Shown here: positions 46,361-60,574 of the stretch, piece by piece
Layout: every line of letters starts with the position of its first letter
How positions within the stretch are numbered: position 1 is the stretch's first letter
Assembly (NCBI RefSeq): GCF_963921235.1
Contig: NC_086097.1
Span: 7,440,001 to 7,504,000 of the forward strand
DNA from: Mobula hypostoma
Lineage: Eukaryota
DNA length: 64,000 bases
Direction of reading: 5' to 3'
Translations under genes and position numbers: made by a program
Notes under the pieces: model-generated
Told to the model about the DNA's origin: nothing
The model's input: only the letters and a program-made list of their open reading frames with translations
The model's database searches: none

Positions 46361-47334
46361 GCTCTAATGAGACATTTTAATGCTAGTTGAGCTTTGCAAC
46401 TTTAAAGAACCAAATGCATTGCAAATTAAACAACTTTATCTCAATGTATTACCCTACGGAACAGACTCAATGTACCGAGCGGTCTAATTCTGCTCCCATG
46501 TCTTATGGTCTAATGGGTCAAAGAGGCTTAGGAAACTGATTAAGTGTAAATTAAAGAAAGAAAGAGGAGTAAAAATAACTTAAACTGAGGTCATGGACGT
46601 TCTGACAGATACTGTACTTCAAAGTATCTTTTCTCACAATAGAATAGAAATGTGATTTCCAAGGTTCCTTTCTTTTTGTGAGAGGGTAATGATTAACACT
46701 GTCATCTGTGATAAAAGAAATGAGTTAAAACTATTGAAGTGGTCAGAGTCAAGGCAAATATAAATCAAATCCTAAATAGTAGGTTGTGTTGGACAAATTT
46801 GTTGAAATTCTTGAGAATGTAATCCAAATATTGGTTGAGGTTAATGTGGTTGATATTACAAAACCACGTTTCCAGCAGAGGAACCTCACGACGTTGCTCT
46901 TGTACATCTGCTTATTCATTGAGTGTTTGATAATGCCCCTGACAAGACTTTTTTGTACTTAATAGTGCACAGATTTCGGGCCAAGAAATAAGATCCAGCA
47001 ATGGTAGTGGAAATTAGAAGGTAGTAGACTCTAATTAGATTGACAGAACCTTAGAAAACTGAACAGAGCTCAATTAAGAAGATTATGCCACTGGGAAATT
47101 CCCAGTGATGGTCGGAAAATAGCACATTTGACGTTTTAAGTCTAAGGAGAGTAAAGCAGCCAAGAACTTCTCAACCAGAATTGTTCAAAGGTCAATCTGT
47201 CACAGGAGCAGCCAATTGACACATTTTTATTGAAAGCATTAGGAGAGGCATTGATGTACAATGTCTATAATAATAACAGCTAATTTAACTAAATTAAGGG
47301 CAGCTACAAAGAAGACATGACAGCGGCTACGTTT

Positions 47335-47810
47335 CATTAGGTGTTAGAGAAGATTTGGTATGTCACCAAAAACACTCAAAAATTTCTACAGATGTACTAT
47401 AGAGTACATTCTAACTAGCTGCCTCACAGCTTGGCATGAGAGCTGTTCTACTGCACTAGACTGCAGAGAGTTGTAAAATTAGTCATCTCCATCATGGGCC
47501 CTAGCCTCTGTCGTATCCAGGATATGTTCAAGGAGCAATGCTTCAAAAAGGTGGCACCCAGCATCAAGGATCCCTACCACTGAGGAATGCTCTCTTCGCA
47601 TTGCTACCATCAGGAAGGAGGTACAGAAGCCTGAGGGCACACACTCAGTGATTCAGGAACAGTTTCTTCCATTCTGCCATCAGATTTCTGAATGGACATT
47701 GAACCCATGAACACAGCCTCACTCTCTCTACTGTTATATTTCTATTTTTATGCTATTTATTTAATTTAACTATTTACTATACAGTATACATACTTACTGT
47801 AATCCACAGT
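47335..47810 (+). mobile_element. Rex1/Babar-like LINE 3' part
   Basis: Similar to 39660-39910 and 40261-40420. Confidence 0.75.
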
Positions 47811-49136
47811 TCTTATAATAATAATTGAAATATATAAATTACAATAAGAAATATATAAAAATTAAATAAAGTAAGTAGAGCAAAATGAGAGCAATAAAAA
47901 TAGCGAAGTAGTGTACAAGGGTTCATTGTTCAATCAGAACTGTGATGGCAGAGGACGAAAAGCTGTTGTCTTCAGGCACCTGTACCTCCTCCATGATGGT
48001 AACAATGAGAAGTGGGCATGTCTAATGGACTTATGGTATTCTCTGGAGTTTAGAAGAATGAGAGACAATACCACCAACTTTTGCAAGATTCTTACAAGGC
48101 TTGCCCAAAGAGATGTGTGGGAGATAATTTCCTTGGCTGCAGAACCTAGAAACAGAACTCACAGTTTCAGAACAAAGGATATTGTGCCGTCGGTTTTTCT
48201 ATGTTCTATGTTTTATGATAGGCTGCTCGATACTGAGATAAGGAGAATTTTCTTCACTCCAAAGATGACCGTTTTAAATTCTCTACCTCACAGCTTTATC
48301 ATCGTGTTCTTTCAAAGCTGGAATTGACAGATCTCTGGAAATGAAGGAAATCTAGGGATATGGGGAAACTACTGGAAAATAACACAAAGATAAAAGATCT
48401 GTAAAGACTATAAGACACAGGAACAGAATCAGGCCATTCTGCCCATCATGGCTGATTTAATATCCCTCTCAACCCCATTCTCCTGCCTTCTCCCTATAAT
48501 CTGATGCTGTGACTAATCAAAAACCTATCAACCTCCACTTTAAATATACCCAATGACTTGCCTTCCCTTTCTGTTACATTGCCTCCACAACAATAAATCC
48601 CACAGATTCACTGCCCTCTGGCTAAAGAAATTCCTCTTCATTTCTGTTCTAAATGGATGACCCACTGGTCTGAGACTCCCCCACTGTAGGAAACTTCTTC
48701 TCCAAATACACTCTGGCTAGGCTTTCCAATATTTGATAGGTTAATCCAAAACCTATTACCACTTTTCTATCTCTTACTATCTTTCTTAAAAAGGACACTT
48801 CTTTAACCCGCACTTAAATAAATAGATAAATGTATGTAACAAAACCAGAGAAATAACATATATTTCCTGATGCTCCAATCAGTTCAAAAACCCTCCTTTG
48901 CTTGTTTGACTGAGATAATATTGACAAATATCCAATTAGAGAATCAGTCTTTGCTTTCTCTTGTACTGTGTTTTTAAAAGCAAAGATAATTCCTTTCATG
49001 TTGAGGACTATAACTCATAACTTACTGTATATTCCATAACAGGAAATTCCTTGACGACTCCAGTATTCATTTGAACAGCAGTAAAGAAAGTAAAAACAAA
49101 TTTAAAGGCAACTACCTTTTGGAGTGACACCCATTA

Positions 49137-50883
49137 TAGAAACATAGAAAACCTACAGCACAATATAGGCCCATCGGCCGACAAAACTGTGCCGAACATG
49201 TCCTTACCTTGAAAATTATCTAGGTTTACCTATAGCCCTCTGTTTAACTGAGCTTCATGTACCTGTCCAGGAGTTTGTTAAAAGACCCTATCATATCCGC
49301 CTCCACCACTGTCGCTGGCAGCCCATTCCACGCACTCACCACTTTCTGCGTAAAAAACTAACCACTGACATCTCCTCTGTACCTACTTCCAAGCTCCTTA
49401 AACCTGTGCCCTCTCATGCTAGCCATTTCAGCCCTGGGAAAAAGCCTCTGACTATCAACACAATCAATGCCTCTCATCATTTTATACACCTCTATCAGGT
49501 CAAATCTCACCCTCTGTCACTCCAAGGAAAAAAGGTCAAGTTCACTCAACCTATTCTCATAAGGCATGCTCCCCAATCCAGGCAACATCCTTGTAAATGT
49601 CCTCTGCACCCTTTCTATGGTTTCCACATCCTTCTTATAGTGAGGCAAACAGAACTGAGCACAGTACTCCAAGTGAGGTCTGACCAGGGTCCTATATAGC
49701 TGCAACGTTACCTCTTGGCTCCTAAACTCAGTCCCACGATTCATGAAGGCCAATGCATCATATGTTTTCTTAACCACGGAGTCAACATTTGCAGCAGCTT
49801 TGAATGTCCTATGGACTCGGACCCCAAGATTCCTCTGATCCTCCACACTGCCAAAAGTCTTACCATTAATACTATATTCTGCCATCATATTTCACCTACC
49901 AAAATGAACCACTTCACACTTATTTATGTTGAACTCCATCTGCCTGCCACTTCTGAGCCCAGTTTTTCATCCTATCAATGTCCCACTATAACATCTGACA
50001 GCCCTCCACACTATCCAAAACACCTCCAACTTCTGAGTCATCAGCAAATTTATTAACCCATCCCTCCACTTCCTCATCCTGTTCATTTATAAAAATCACA
50101 AAGAATAGAGGTCCCAGAACAGATCCCTGAGGCACACTACTGGTCACCGACCACCATGTAGAATATGACCTGTCTACAACCACTCTTTGCATTCTGTGGG
50201 CAAGCCAGTTCTGGATCCACAAAGCAATGTCCCCTTGGATCCTATGCCTCCTTACTTTCTCAATAAGCCTTGTACGGCACACCTTATCAAATGCCTTGCT
50301 GAAATCCATATACACTACATCTACTACTCTACTTTCATCAATGTCTTTAGTCACATCCTCAAAAAATTCAATCAGGCTCGTAAGACACGACCTGCCTTTC
50401 ACAAGGCCATGCTGACTATTCCTAGTCATATTATGCCTCTCCAAATGTTCATAAATCCTGCCTCTTAGGATCTTCTCCATCAACTTACCAACCACTAAAG
50501 TAAGACTCACTGGTCTATAATTTCCTGGGCTATCTCTTCTCCCTTAAATCTTGTTGGATAATAGATCAACATCAGCAACTCTCCAATCTTCTGGAACCTC
50601 TCCCGTCCCCATTGATGATGCAAAGATCATCGCCAGAGGCTCAGCAATCTCCTCTCTTGCCTTCCATTGTAGCCTGGGGTACATCTCATCCAGTTCCGGT
50701 GAATTATCCAACTTGATGCTTTCCAAATGCTCCATCACATCCTCTTTTTTAATATCTATATGCTCAAGGTTTTCAGTCCACTGTAACTCATCCCTACAAT
50801 CGCCAAGATCCTTTTCCATAATGAGTACTGAAGCAAAGTACTCAGTAAGTACCTTTGCTATCTTCTTCGGTTCCATACACACC
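49137..50883 (-). mobile_element. CR1 LINE, 5'-truncated, decayed RT
   Basis: SQHGLVKGRSCLTSL..DFSKAFDKV..SVPQGSVLGPLFF..KFADD. Confidence 0.95.
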
Positions 50884-51289
50884 TATAATTAGGATTAGAC
50901 AGAAATTTTACACCACAGCCATCTTCCTAACTTTACAGTGTTTATTAGATGATTATACAATGGTAGGGGAACGTCGGCTCAGACCATGAGAGGCCTGCGC
51001 TGGGCATTTTCATGCGTGACAAGGTGCAGATGGTGATGTGTATTAACTTTTTCTTGAAAGAAGTAAGTGTCCAAAATAAATATTAATTTTAAAAAGATAT
51101 TAATTGCAACCATTACTTGGAGAGCATTGTGAAATTACTATTCAAAGTTCTTTGATTGGAGAGTGGTTGGGTAGGGGTAGTAGGGGTTATCAGCTGGACT
51201 GCTACTCGAATCATAAAGAGGTTTCCCTCAGAATTTTATTTAAGTTCCATTTCTAAAACTTTCAAGCACCACAGCAGCAAACTGACTTA

Positions 51290-51840
51290 TCTAACACCCT
51301 GGGAAAGGTTTCACTGCTAATGTCATGGTCTTTCTGTAGCAGCAGTGTTTGGGTTCTGGTTAGAGATAACAGGTGCTTTGGAATGTCAGCCGTCCAATGA
51401 GGGGAGTGCTTTTTCTGGCTGTGTGTCTGACACCAAGGTGATCTGGGTCTTCTGTTTGGCGGAAGATGAAGAGGGAAGACACCAGAAAGGAGTGGACATG
51501 GAGTGGGGCTGGGAGCCGATGAAGCCCAAGGAAATCAATGGAGGATCAGCGGTAGGGAAACCATGAGCTCCGACTTGTGCACATTAGACCGTTTCATTAA
51601 AATGGGCCATTTTCATTTTATTTTACTTTACTAACCCTTAAGTCAAATTAAGAATTATAAAGCTATATTGTTTAATTGCATAATGACTGTCTGTTATTTC
51701 GTGGTACTGATTTGGAACAGGGTAACACATCACACAGCATCTACACAAACGCGAGGTTTTTCACCTCAATCTTATGCATTTGGTAGGGCCAGAGATTGTG
51801 TTACCTAGACTTATGCAGCCAACTGAACCTCAGGGTTACA
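51290..51840 (+). mobile_element. Probable old solo LTR
   Basis: Imperfect inverted termini tctaacaccctggg and cctcagggttaca. TSD-like ctta (51286-51289) / ctca (51841-51844). Confidence 0.55.
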
Positions 51841-53060
51841 CTCATATTTGGCAGTTTTCTCACTTTCCACTTATATGTAAACTTAGCAATAATATTCTGA
51901 AATTTCAACAAAGAGACTTAGATGGCAGGTTAGTCTTTTTTCAGATGTTCTAGTTCAAGTTCAAGTTTAATTATCATTCAGTTGTACATGAATACAGCTC
52001 AATGGAACAGCATTCCTCTGGGGCCAGGTTGCAAATCACATTACCAACAGTATGCAACATATGGAACAGCAAACATATAGTACATATAGTTATAATAGCA
52101 GAAAAAAAAAGTCTCAAAAGATATAACCCAGGTCCCTAAGTGGCAGGGCCCGTAGAGTGAAGCTGTATGGAATGTTGCCCTGGTCTAGTCTGTCTTCCAT
52201 TGAGACAAACTGGACCAGGAAATGACAACTTCACAAAAAATGCACAACTCTTGTAAAAAGGATCTCACTTATGTCTCTTCTCACATACTCTTCTGATCTC
52301 CAGCATCTCCTAGTTCCTTCAGTGCTAAAATTCTCAAGTTTATTATGATGCTACAAAGCAGTAGGTGGATAATAAATCCCGTTAGAGCCTTCACCAAGGT
52401 TCTCTTTGTCAGTGGCCATATTTGTGCTGTTTCTTATATGTTTATATGTGTCTTGTGCTGTGTGTGACTGTTGGTAATCTGTATTGCACCTTGGCCCTGA
52501 TGTAACACTGTTTTGAGTGGCTGTATTCATGGACATTCATGTATGGTTGAACTTCAACTTTCAGATGCTATTGATAATATACATGTTTTGTTCCTTTGTA
52601 GGATGGAAGCATCACCAGCCAAACCAGAATTTATCAACTGTACCAAACTGACCTTGAACTGATAGTTTGCTGCACCATTTCAGATGGGCAGCTAAGGTTC
52701 AACTATGTCACTGTATTTCTGCATTCACCTAGGGATTGAACTACCCACTAATCTCACACACACACACACCCCACTACTTTACCATTTCCTGTCAAACACC
52801 TTATGTATAGCCTAGCATTCTTATGCACATACAATCAATCTATGTATATAAGCTATCATATTTATATTTATTGTGTTTTTTTATTATTGTGTTCTTTATT
52901 TTATTGTGTTTCTTTCTGCTGCATCAGACCCAGAGTAACAATTATTTTATTCTCCTTAAATCTTGCTACTGAAAACAACATCAAACAATCTTGAATCTTA
53001 AATCTTGATTATGCAAGAAGGGCAGATTTTCTTTTATAAAGGACTTTGGTGAACCATATA

Positions 53061-53550
53061 CAGTGCCTTGTGAAAGTATTCAACCCCCATCCCTTTTGTT
53101 CAATAAATGAGCATTACAGCCAGCAAGTTTTGATCAATTTAACTGAAAATTTACATTTGAGAATCATCTGCTCATGTTTTTTCACAGCAGAACCCCAAAA
53201 AACATTGAAAAATGTAAAGCATGAAAATCTGAAGTTTCAAAACCTGAAATGTTGATAGTTCAAAAGTATTCATCCCCCTTCGCTCAGTACTTAGTCTGTT
53301 ATAGCTGTGAGAGGTGGTTCAATTAAGTATTCCCATAGCATGATGCTACCTGCATCATAATTTACAGAATGGACGGTGTTACCTGGCTGATGCGTAGTAT
53401 TAGAGATATGCCACAAGAAAGTATATCCTTGCTCATAAAGATTTTGTAAAATGCTACTTGGAAGATACTATAAAGGTGTGGAAGAAGGTCCTGTGGTCAT
53501 ATGAGACTACAGTAGAACTTTATGACCTCAACACTAAGTGGTACATGTCT
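53061..53550 (+). mobile_element. Tc1 (IR/DR-type) left end plus transposase scraps
   Basis: TA then cagtgccttgtgaaagtattcaacccc, an inner direct repeat aaaagtattcatcccc at about 53262, and WKKVLWSYET. Confidence 0.75.
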
Positions 53551-53923
53551 AAATTAGCACCAACCGTATATAGTCTCTTGAGTCATTAACCCAACTCAAG
53601 GGACATTACACAATGGCCTGTTATCCTGCCAATCTACATGTCTTCGGGATGTAGGAGAAAAATAGAGACACCAGTAGAAACACACAGAGAGTAACAGTGA
53701 GGTTGTGCTAACTCCACACAGATAGTATGGGAGGTCAACTTAAGACAGGAACAAACAAGCTCTGAATCAATAGTTTCACTAGCTTCATCAAAAGGGTTCA
53801 GGAGAGGGTGCAGAAGAGGTTTACCAGGATGCTGCCTGGATTAGGGAGCATGTACTATGATGAGAGGTTGGACAAATGTGTTTTTTTTCTCTGGAGTGGC
53901 GGGTGCTGAGGTTTATAAGATTA

Positions 53924-55200
53924 TAGAAACATAGAAACATAGAAAATAGGTGCAGGAGTAGGCCATTCGGCCCTTCGAGCCTGCACCGCCATTTATTATG
54001 ATCATGGCTGATCATCCAACTCAGAACCCCGCCCCAGCCTTCCCTCCATACCCCCTGACCCCTGTAGCCACAAGGGCCATATCTAACTTCCTTTTAAACA
54101 TAGCTAATGAACTGGCCTCAACAGTTTGCTGTGGCAGAGAATTCCACAGATTCACCACTCTCTGTGTGAAGAAGTTTTTCCTAACCTCGGTCCTAAAAGG
54201 CTTCCCCTCTATCCTCAAACTGTGACTCCTCGTTCTAGACCTCCCCAACATCGGGAACAATCTTCCCGCATCTAGCCTGTCCAATCCCTTTAGGATCTTA
54301 TACGTTTCAATCAGATCCCCCCTCAATCTTCTAAATTCCAACGAGTACAAGCCCAGTTCATCCAGTCTTTCTTCATATGAAAGACCTGCCATCCCAGGAA
54401 TCAATCTGGTGAACCTTCTTTGTACTCCCTCTATGGCAAGGATGTCTTTCCTCAGATTAGGGGACCAAAACTGCACACAATACTCCAGGTGTGGTCTCAC
54501 CAAGGCCTTGTACAACTGCAGTAGTACCTCCCTGCTCCTGTACTCGAATCCTCTCGCTATAAATGCCAGCATACCGTTCGCCTTTTTCACCGCCTGCTGT
54601 ACCTGCATGCCCACTTTCAATGACTGTTGTATAATGACACCCAGGTCTCGTTGCACCTCCCCTTTTCCTAATCGGCCACCATTCAGATAATAATCTGTTT
54701 TCCTATTTTTGCCACCAAAGTGGATAACTTCACATTTATCCACATTAAATTGCATCTGCCATGAGTTTGCCCACTCACCCAACCTATCCAAGTCACCCTG
54801 CATCCTCTTAGCATCCTCCTCACTGCTAACACTGCCACCCAGCTTCGTGTCATCCGCAAACTTGGAGATGCTGCATTTAATTCCCTCATCCAAGTCATTA
54901 ATATATATTGTAAACAACTGGGGTCCCAGCACTGAGCCTTGCGGTACCCCACTAGTCACCGCCTGCCATTCTGAAAAGGTCCCGTTTATTCCCACTCTTT
55001 GCTTCCTGTCTGCTAACCAATTCTCCACCCACACCAATACCTTACCCCCAATACCATGTGCTTTAAGTTTGCACACTAATCTCCTGTGTGGGACCTTGTC
55101 AAAAGCCTTTTGAAAATCCAAATATACCACATCCACTGGTTCTCCCCTATCCACTCTACTAGTTACATCCTCAAAAAATTCTATGAGATTCGTCAGACAT
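53924..55200 (-). mobile_element. Young 5'-truncated CR1 LINE
   Basis: Uninterrupted ORF, CpGs retained, intact 3' UTR and (tttctatg)n tail. Confidence 0.97.
54021..55154 (-). CDS. CR1 ORF2 reverse transcriptase, C-terminal 377 aa (truncated, not a stand-alone gene)
   Basis: LDFQKAFDKVPH, GVPQGSVLGPQLF, KFADD, RDLGV, RPHLEYCVQFWSP and FTQRVVNLWNSLP. Confidence 0.9.
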   Translation of the reverse strand: MDRGEPVDVVYLDFQKAFDKVPHRRLVCKLKAHGIGGKVLVWVENWLADRKQRVGINGTFSEWQAVTSGVPQGSVLGPQLFTIYINDLDEGIKCSISKFADDTKLGGSVSSEEDAKRMQGDLDRLGEWANSWQMQFNVDKCEVIHFGGKNRKTDYYLNGGRLGKGEVQRDLGVIIQQSLKVGMQVQQAVKKANGMLAFIARGFEYRSREVLLQLYKALVRPHLEYCVQFWSPNLRKDILAIEGVQRRFTRLIPGMAGLSYEERLDELGLYSLEFRRLRGDLIETYKILKGLDRLDAGRLFPMLGRSRTRSHSLRIEGKPFRTEVRKNFFTQRVVNLWNSLPQQTVEASSLAMFKRKLDMALVATGVRGYGGKAGAGF

Positions 55201-55794
55201 GAGGCAGTAGACAGACAGTATCTCTTTTCTCAGGGTTGGAATGTCTAACACCAAAGGTCATGCTTTTACTGTGAGAGGGGATAATTTCAAAGGAGATGTG
55301 AGAGGCAAGTTTTTTTTTACACAGAGAGAGGTGGATGCTTGGAGTGCACTGCCTGAGGTGGTGTTAGAGGCAGATACATTAGGGACTTTTAAGAGGTTCT
55401 TAGACAGGCACATGAATGTGAAGAAAATGGAAAGATATGGACAATGTGTGGGCAGAAGAGATTAGTTTAGTTGGTCATTTAACTGGTTCGGCAGAGCATT
55501 GTGAGTCAAAGGGCCTGTTCCTGTCCCGTTCTATGCTCTACATTCTGAAGTGTTGCCCAATATTAAGACCATAAAAGCATAAAGTTTAGGAATAGAATTA
55601 GGCCATTTGTCCCATCGAATCTGTACCACAATTTCATCATGGCTGATCCATTTTCCATCTCAGCCCCAGTCTCCTGCCTTCTCCCCATTTATCGCTTCAT
55701 GCTTTGTCCAATCAAGAATCAATCAATCTCTGCCTTAATTATACCCAACGACTTGACCTCCACAGCCACGGGGGCAATGAATTCCATAAATTCC

Positions 55795-57600
55795 ATAAGA
55801 CCACAAGAAGATCACAAGATATAGGAGCAGAATTAGGCCATTTGACCCATTGAGTCTGTTCCACCATTTCATCTTGGCTGATACAAATTTCCACCCATTT
55901 CCAGTCTCTTGCCTTCTCCACGAGTCCCTTCATGCCTTGACCAATCAAGAATCTATCAGCCTGTGCCTGAAATAAGCATAAAGACTTGGCCTCCACAGCT
56001 ACCTGTGGCAAAGAATTCCACAGATCCACTACTCTCTGGCAAAAGATATTCCTCCTCCTTTCCATCTAAACTTCCCCTCACTTTATTCTCAGCTGTGTCC
56101 TCTGGTCTTAGACTCTCCCACCATAGAAAACATGCTCTGCACCTCCACTCTATCAAGGCCTTTCACTATTCAATAGGTTTCAATGAGATCACCCCTGATT
56201 TTTCTGTATTCTAGTGAATACAGGCCCAGAGCCATCAAACACTCTTCATATGACAAGCCATTCAACCCTGGAATCATTTTTGTGAAGCTCCTTTAAACTC
56301 TCTCCAGTTTCAGCAGATTCTTTCTAAGATAAGGGGCCCAAACCTGCTCACAATACTCTAAGTGTGGCCTCACCAGTTCTTTATGAAGTTTCAACATTAC
56401 ATCCTTATTTTTATATTCCAGTCCTCTTGAAATAAATGCTGACACCGCATTTGCCTTCCTCACCACTGACTCAACCTGCAAATTAAACTTCAGGGAATCC
56501 TGCACAAGAACTCCCAAATCCCTTGGCACCTCAGTGTTTTTGTATTTTTGCTTCATTTAGAAAATAGTCAACCCTTTCATTTCTTCTACCAAAGTGCATA
56601 ACCACACTCTTCCTGGCACTGTATTCCATCGGCCATTTCTTTGCTCATTCTCCTAAACTGTCTAAGTCCTTCTGTAGCCTCTCTACATCTTCTTCATATC
56701 GTCTGCATACGTTGCATCAAAGCCAGCAATTCCACCATCCAAATTATTGACATATAACATAAAAAGTATCGGTGCTAACACAGACTCCTGTGGAATACCA
56801 CTACTCACCAGCAACCAGTCAGAAAAGGCTCCGTTTATTCACACTCTTTGCCTCCAGCCAATCACCCACTGCTTTAGCCATACTAGAATCGTTCCTGTAA
56901 TACCATGGGCTCATAATGTGCTAAGCAGCTTCATGTGTGGCACCTTGTCAAAGTCCTTCTGAAGATCCAAGAACACAACATCAACAGGTTCTCTTGTGTC
57001 TATCCTGTTGTTACTTCTTCAAAGAGTTCCAACAGATTTGGCCGGCAAGATTTCCCCTTGAGGAAACAATGCTGACTATGGCCTATTTTATTTTGTGCCT
57101 CCAAGTAACCTGAGACCTCATCCGTAACAATCAACTCCAACATCGTCCCAACCAATAAGGTCAGACTAACTGGCCTATAGTTTTCTTCCTCCTGCCTCTC
57201 TCCCTTCTTGAAAAGCAGGGTGATATTTGTAGTTTTCCAGTCTTCAGTATTCTTGAAAGATCATTACTGAGGCCCCCATGATTTCTTCAGCTACCTCTTT
57301 CAGAACCCTCGAGTGTACACCATTTGGTCCAGGTGACTAATCTACCTTCAGATCTTTCAGTTTCCCAAGAACTTTCTCTCCAGTAATGGTAACGTCACAC
57401 ACTTCATGCCCCCTGACACCTGGAACTTCCACCATACTGCTAGTGTCTTCCAAAGTGAAGACTGATGCAAAATACTTATTTAGTTCATCCGCTGTTTCAT
57501 TCACCCCCATTACTAAATCTCCAGCATCATTTTCCAATGGTCAGATATCCACACTTGCCTCTCTTTTACACTTTATGTATGTAAAGAAACTTCTGATATC
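55795..57600 (-). mobile_element. CR1 LINE, decayed RT, nested in another CR1 3' end (55565-55795 plus 57601-57690)
   Basis: ADELNKYFASVFTLED and RDLGVLVQDSLK..RPHLEYCEQVWAPY. Confidence 0.92.
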
Positions 57601-59421
57601 CTCCACTCTCTGGCTAAAGAAATTCCTCCTCATCTCCATTCTAAATGGACAACTCTCTATTCTGAGGCTGGGTCCTCTGGTCTTAGACTCTGTTTTATCT
57701 TTTGTGTGTGATATTTGTTTTCTAGTGCACCATGGTCCAGAGGAACATTGTTTCGTTCGGTCGTATATTTATACATTCAGATGGCAATAAATGAATATCA
57801 CATTTGCCTTATTGTGAGTGTTACTGTAAAATTGAACAAGGTGCTATCTTGCTGAGCATCTACAGTATATATTCATTTAAATTTGTTTTACAACACTCAC
57901 TGTAGACCGTATTTTTTGCATCAAAATGCAATTCAGCAAGCACATAGCATATATTCTTGAAGAAGGTATTTGTTTCTGAGCCATAAATAAGAGTCCAGAA
58001 ATCTAATTAACTTACAGTGCTTGGAGAGCAACAGATATAAAATAAAACAGTTAAACAAACCAATACTTGTACATCCACCAATATTGATATCTTCTTTTTT
58101 ATTCAGATTTTGATATTTAACCTAATTTAAATATCCCAGTTACCATGGTGAAATTTTAGCTTGTATTTCTAGATCATCTGTACAGTCCTCTGATTTGCTA
58201 GCTAGCAACTTTTTCCTGTTTCTCAATGGAATCTGAATAATTATTACAATTTATTTTTCAAATGGATCTGCAAACGATCATTGGGGATATTTCCGATAGC
58301 GGGAAAGCCAAGGAACAGAGGGCATAGCCTCAGAGTAGAAGGATGTCCCTTTAAAGCAGGGATGAGGAGGAATTTCTTCAGCCAGGGTTTGATGAATCGT
58401 TCAAATTCATTGCTACAGATGTTGTGGAACCAAGTCTTTGAGTATATTTAAAGTGGAAACTGATAGATTCTTGATTAGTAAGGGCATCAAAGATAAAGGG
58501 GAGAAGGTAGGAGAATAGAGTTAAGCCATGATCAAATGGCAAGGAATACTCAATATGCTGAATGACCTTATTCTGCTCCTCTGTTTTATGGTCTTATTCA
58601 AATTGCGGTTCTCAAGGTTCTGAGGTAGCTTTGGCTTGAGTTTGACTGAAATTGGCCAAAATACACACAACAAAAGAACACACTTACTTTACCCCAGGGT
58701 CAAACTATCTAATAAGGGCCTGCATTTAAGGTGAGAGGGTCTAAGTTCAAATGAACAAATAATTTTTATGCAGAGAGATGCTGTGAGGGGCGTTTGTGAT
58801 GGCTTAAGAATGTCTTAGATAAGCACCTGAATATACAGGGAAAGGAGGGATCTGGACAATGTATAGGAAGAACAGGTCCTTTAGCTCAAAAATGTTGTGC
58901 TGAATTAATTAAACTAATGGCATTCAAACTCCTTACATGCAGCGGCGGGAACGGATGAAGTACATTGTTCGGGGTAGTTTATACGAACTGATTCTGCGAA
59001 TGAGCTTGGGTGGAAAGTTGAAAACTGACTTCACTTGACTGAAATCGATCAATTTTGTGCATTGAGTATCAACCCTCTGTGGTTATGTCATTGTTTAATA
59101 TTCTACAACCTCCACCTGTACATTTACTTAAGGGCAACTTGCAGGTGATTCTCCTCAAGGTCTCCAGGTTTAGAGACAGACTGCGATAAGTTAAGCACAG
59201 ACTGGCTGGTTCTATTGATTGAAAGGAGATCTGGAAAAATGACACCACTGTAAGGGATTGACGAAAAAGCTGGCTAGTGTGGGAAACACGGAAAGTGGTC
59301 GGGTTGTTCCTGAAAACTTTACTACAATCTATTTATTAAACAGTGTGAAAAAATCAACTTATAACCAATTCCTCGATAAAGAACAATATTGAAGTTTAAG
59401 GGTATTCACCTGAAGAGTTTA

Positions 59422-59800
59422 GAGTCATAGCGTCATAGAAAAATACAGCACTGAAACCTGCCCTTTGGCCCATCTAGTCTAAGTGAAACCATTTAAACTG
59501 CCTACTCCCATCAATCTGCAGCGGGACCATAGCTCCCCATACCCCTGCTATCCATGTACCTATCCAAACTTCTCTTCAAAGTTGATATCGAGCTCACATG
59601 CACCACTTGAGATGGCAGTTCATTCCACACTCTCATAACCTTCTGAGTGACAAAGCTCCTCCCTCACCCCATGTTCCCCTGAAAGTTCTCACTTTTCACC
59701 CTTAACCTATGACCTCTAGTTGTAGTCCCACCCAACCTCAGTGAAAAAACCCTGCTTGTATTTACCCTATCTATACCCCTCATAATTTTATATATTTCTA
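59422..59800 (-). mobile_element. CR1 LINE 3' end (empty-site paralogue of the LTR-interrupted copy)
   Basis: Contains ccatttaaactgcctactcccatc without the LTR. Confidence 0.85.
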
Positions 59801-60574
59801 TTGAATGGGGAGCCATGGTAGTGTAGCAGTTGGTGTGATGGTATTACCTCAGGCTGCAAGGGTTTGGAGTTCAATTCTGATGCTGTGTGTAAGGCACTTG
59901 TCTATTCTCCCGATGACCACATTAAAATGCGACCTGTCCATTCAACATAGTGGTCAAATACTGCATAGGTACACAGCAGAATAGGTCATTCTGGCCCAAT
60001 GACCAAATAGCCCAGTAATCTATCTTAACTCAGAAGATAAGTACCCACTGGAATTTAGAGTTTTACTGTCTGCAAAACATCACCATTGGTCACTGGCGCC
60101 ATTTTGTAATCTATATCTAAATCAAAAATATATAAGATCATGAGGATTTCTCTCAATGTAGACATAGAAATGATGATTCTTCTTGTAGAAGAATCTAGAA
60201 CTATCGGTCTCATTTTAAAACAAGTGGCCACCCGTTTAATACAGAGAAAAGGCAATTGTTGTCAGGTAAGGTGGCTATTTAATAAGTAGAGGGTTGAATG
60301 CTGTTGTAGGAGTACAGGAAGTTGATGTAGCAGTCAGATCAGAAATGATCTTGGTAAATTGTGGAGAAAATGCAACTGATAAATAGCTTCCTCTTGTTCC
60401 TAAATAATACATTTGCCTGTTTGTACTGTATAACTGTATGTCATTATTCTGAGAAGAAAAGCCAAACTTGCGTCAGAGATATTCCTGTCAGAAATAATGT
60501 CAATGTGGAAAGTGAAAAAGTGCTTCAGTTTATGTTCTATAATTCTGATCCTCAGCTTTGTTATAACTTTACTG

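Larger units (their letters stand above)
53795..55545 (+). mobile_element. Older CR1 3' end hosting the young CR1 insertion
   Basis: 53795-53923 and 55201-55545 join into a copy collinear with 21330-22000. Confidence 0.8.

Noticed and set aside
52602..52700. Exon-like segment after ttcctttgtag with an open frame
   Set aside because: The donor is weak, the peptide is unrecognised, and its 3' part looks like an interspersed repeat that resumes near 53010.
54021..55154. The 377-aa ORF as a domesticated RT gene or a retron-like system
   Set aside because: It is a 5'-truncated CR1 ORF2 with a normal CR1 3' UTR and tail, inserted in another CR1. The open frame reflects a young insertion.
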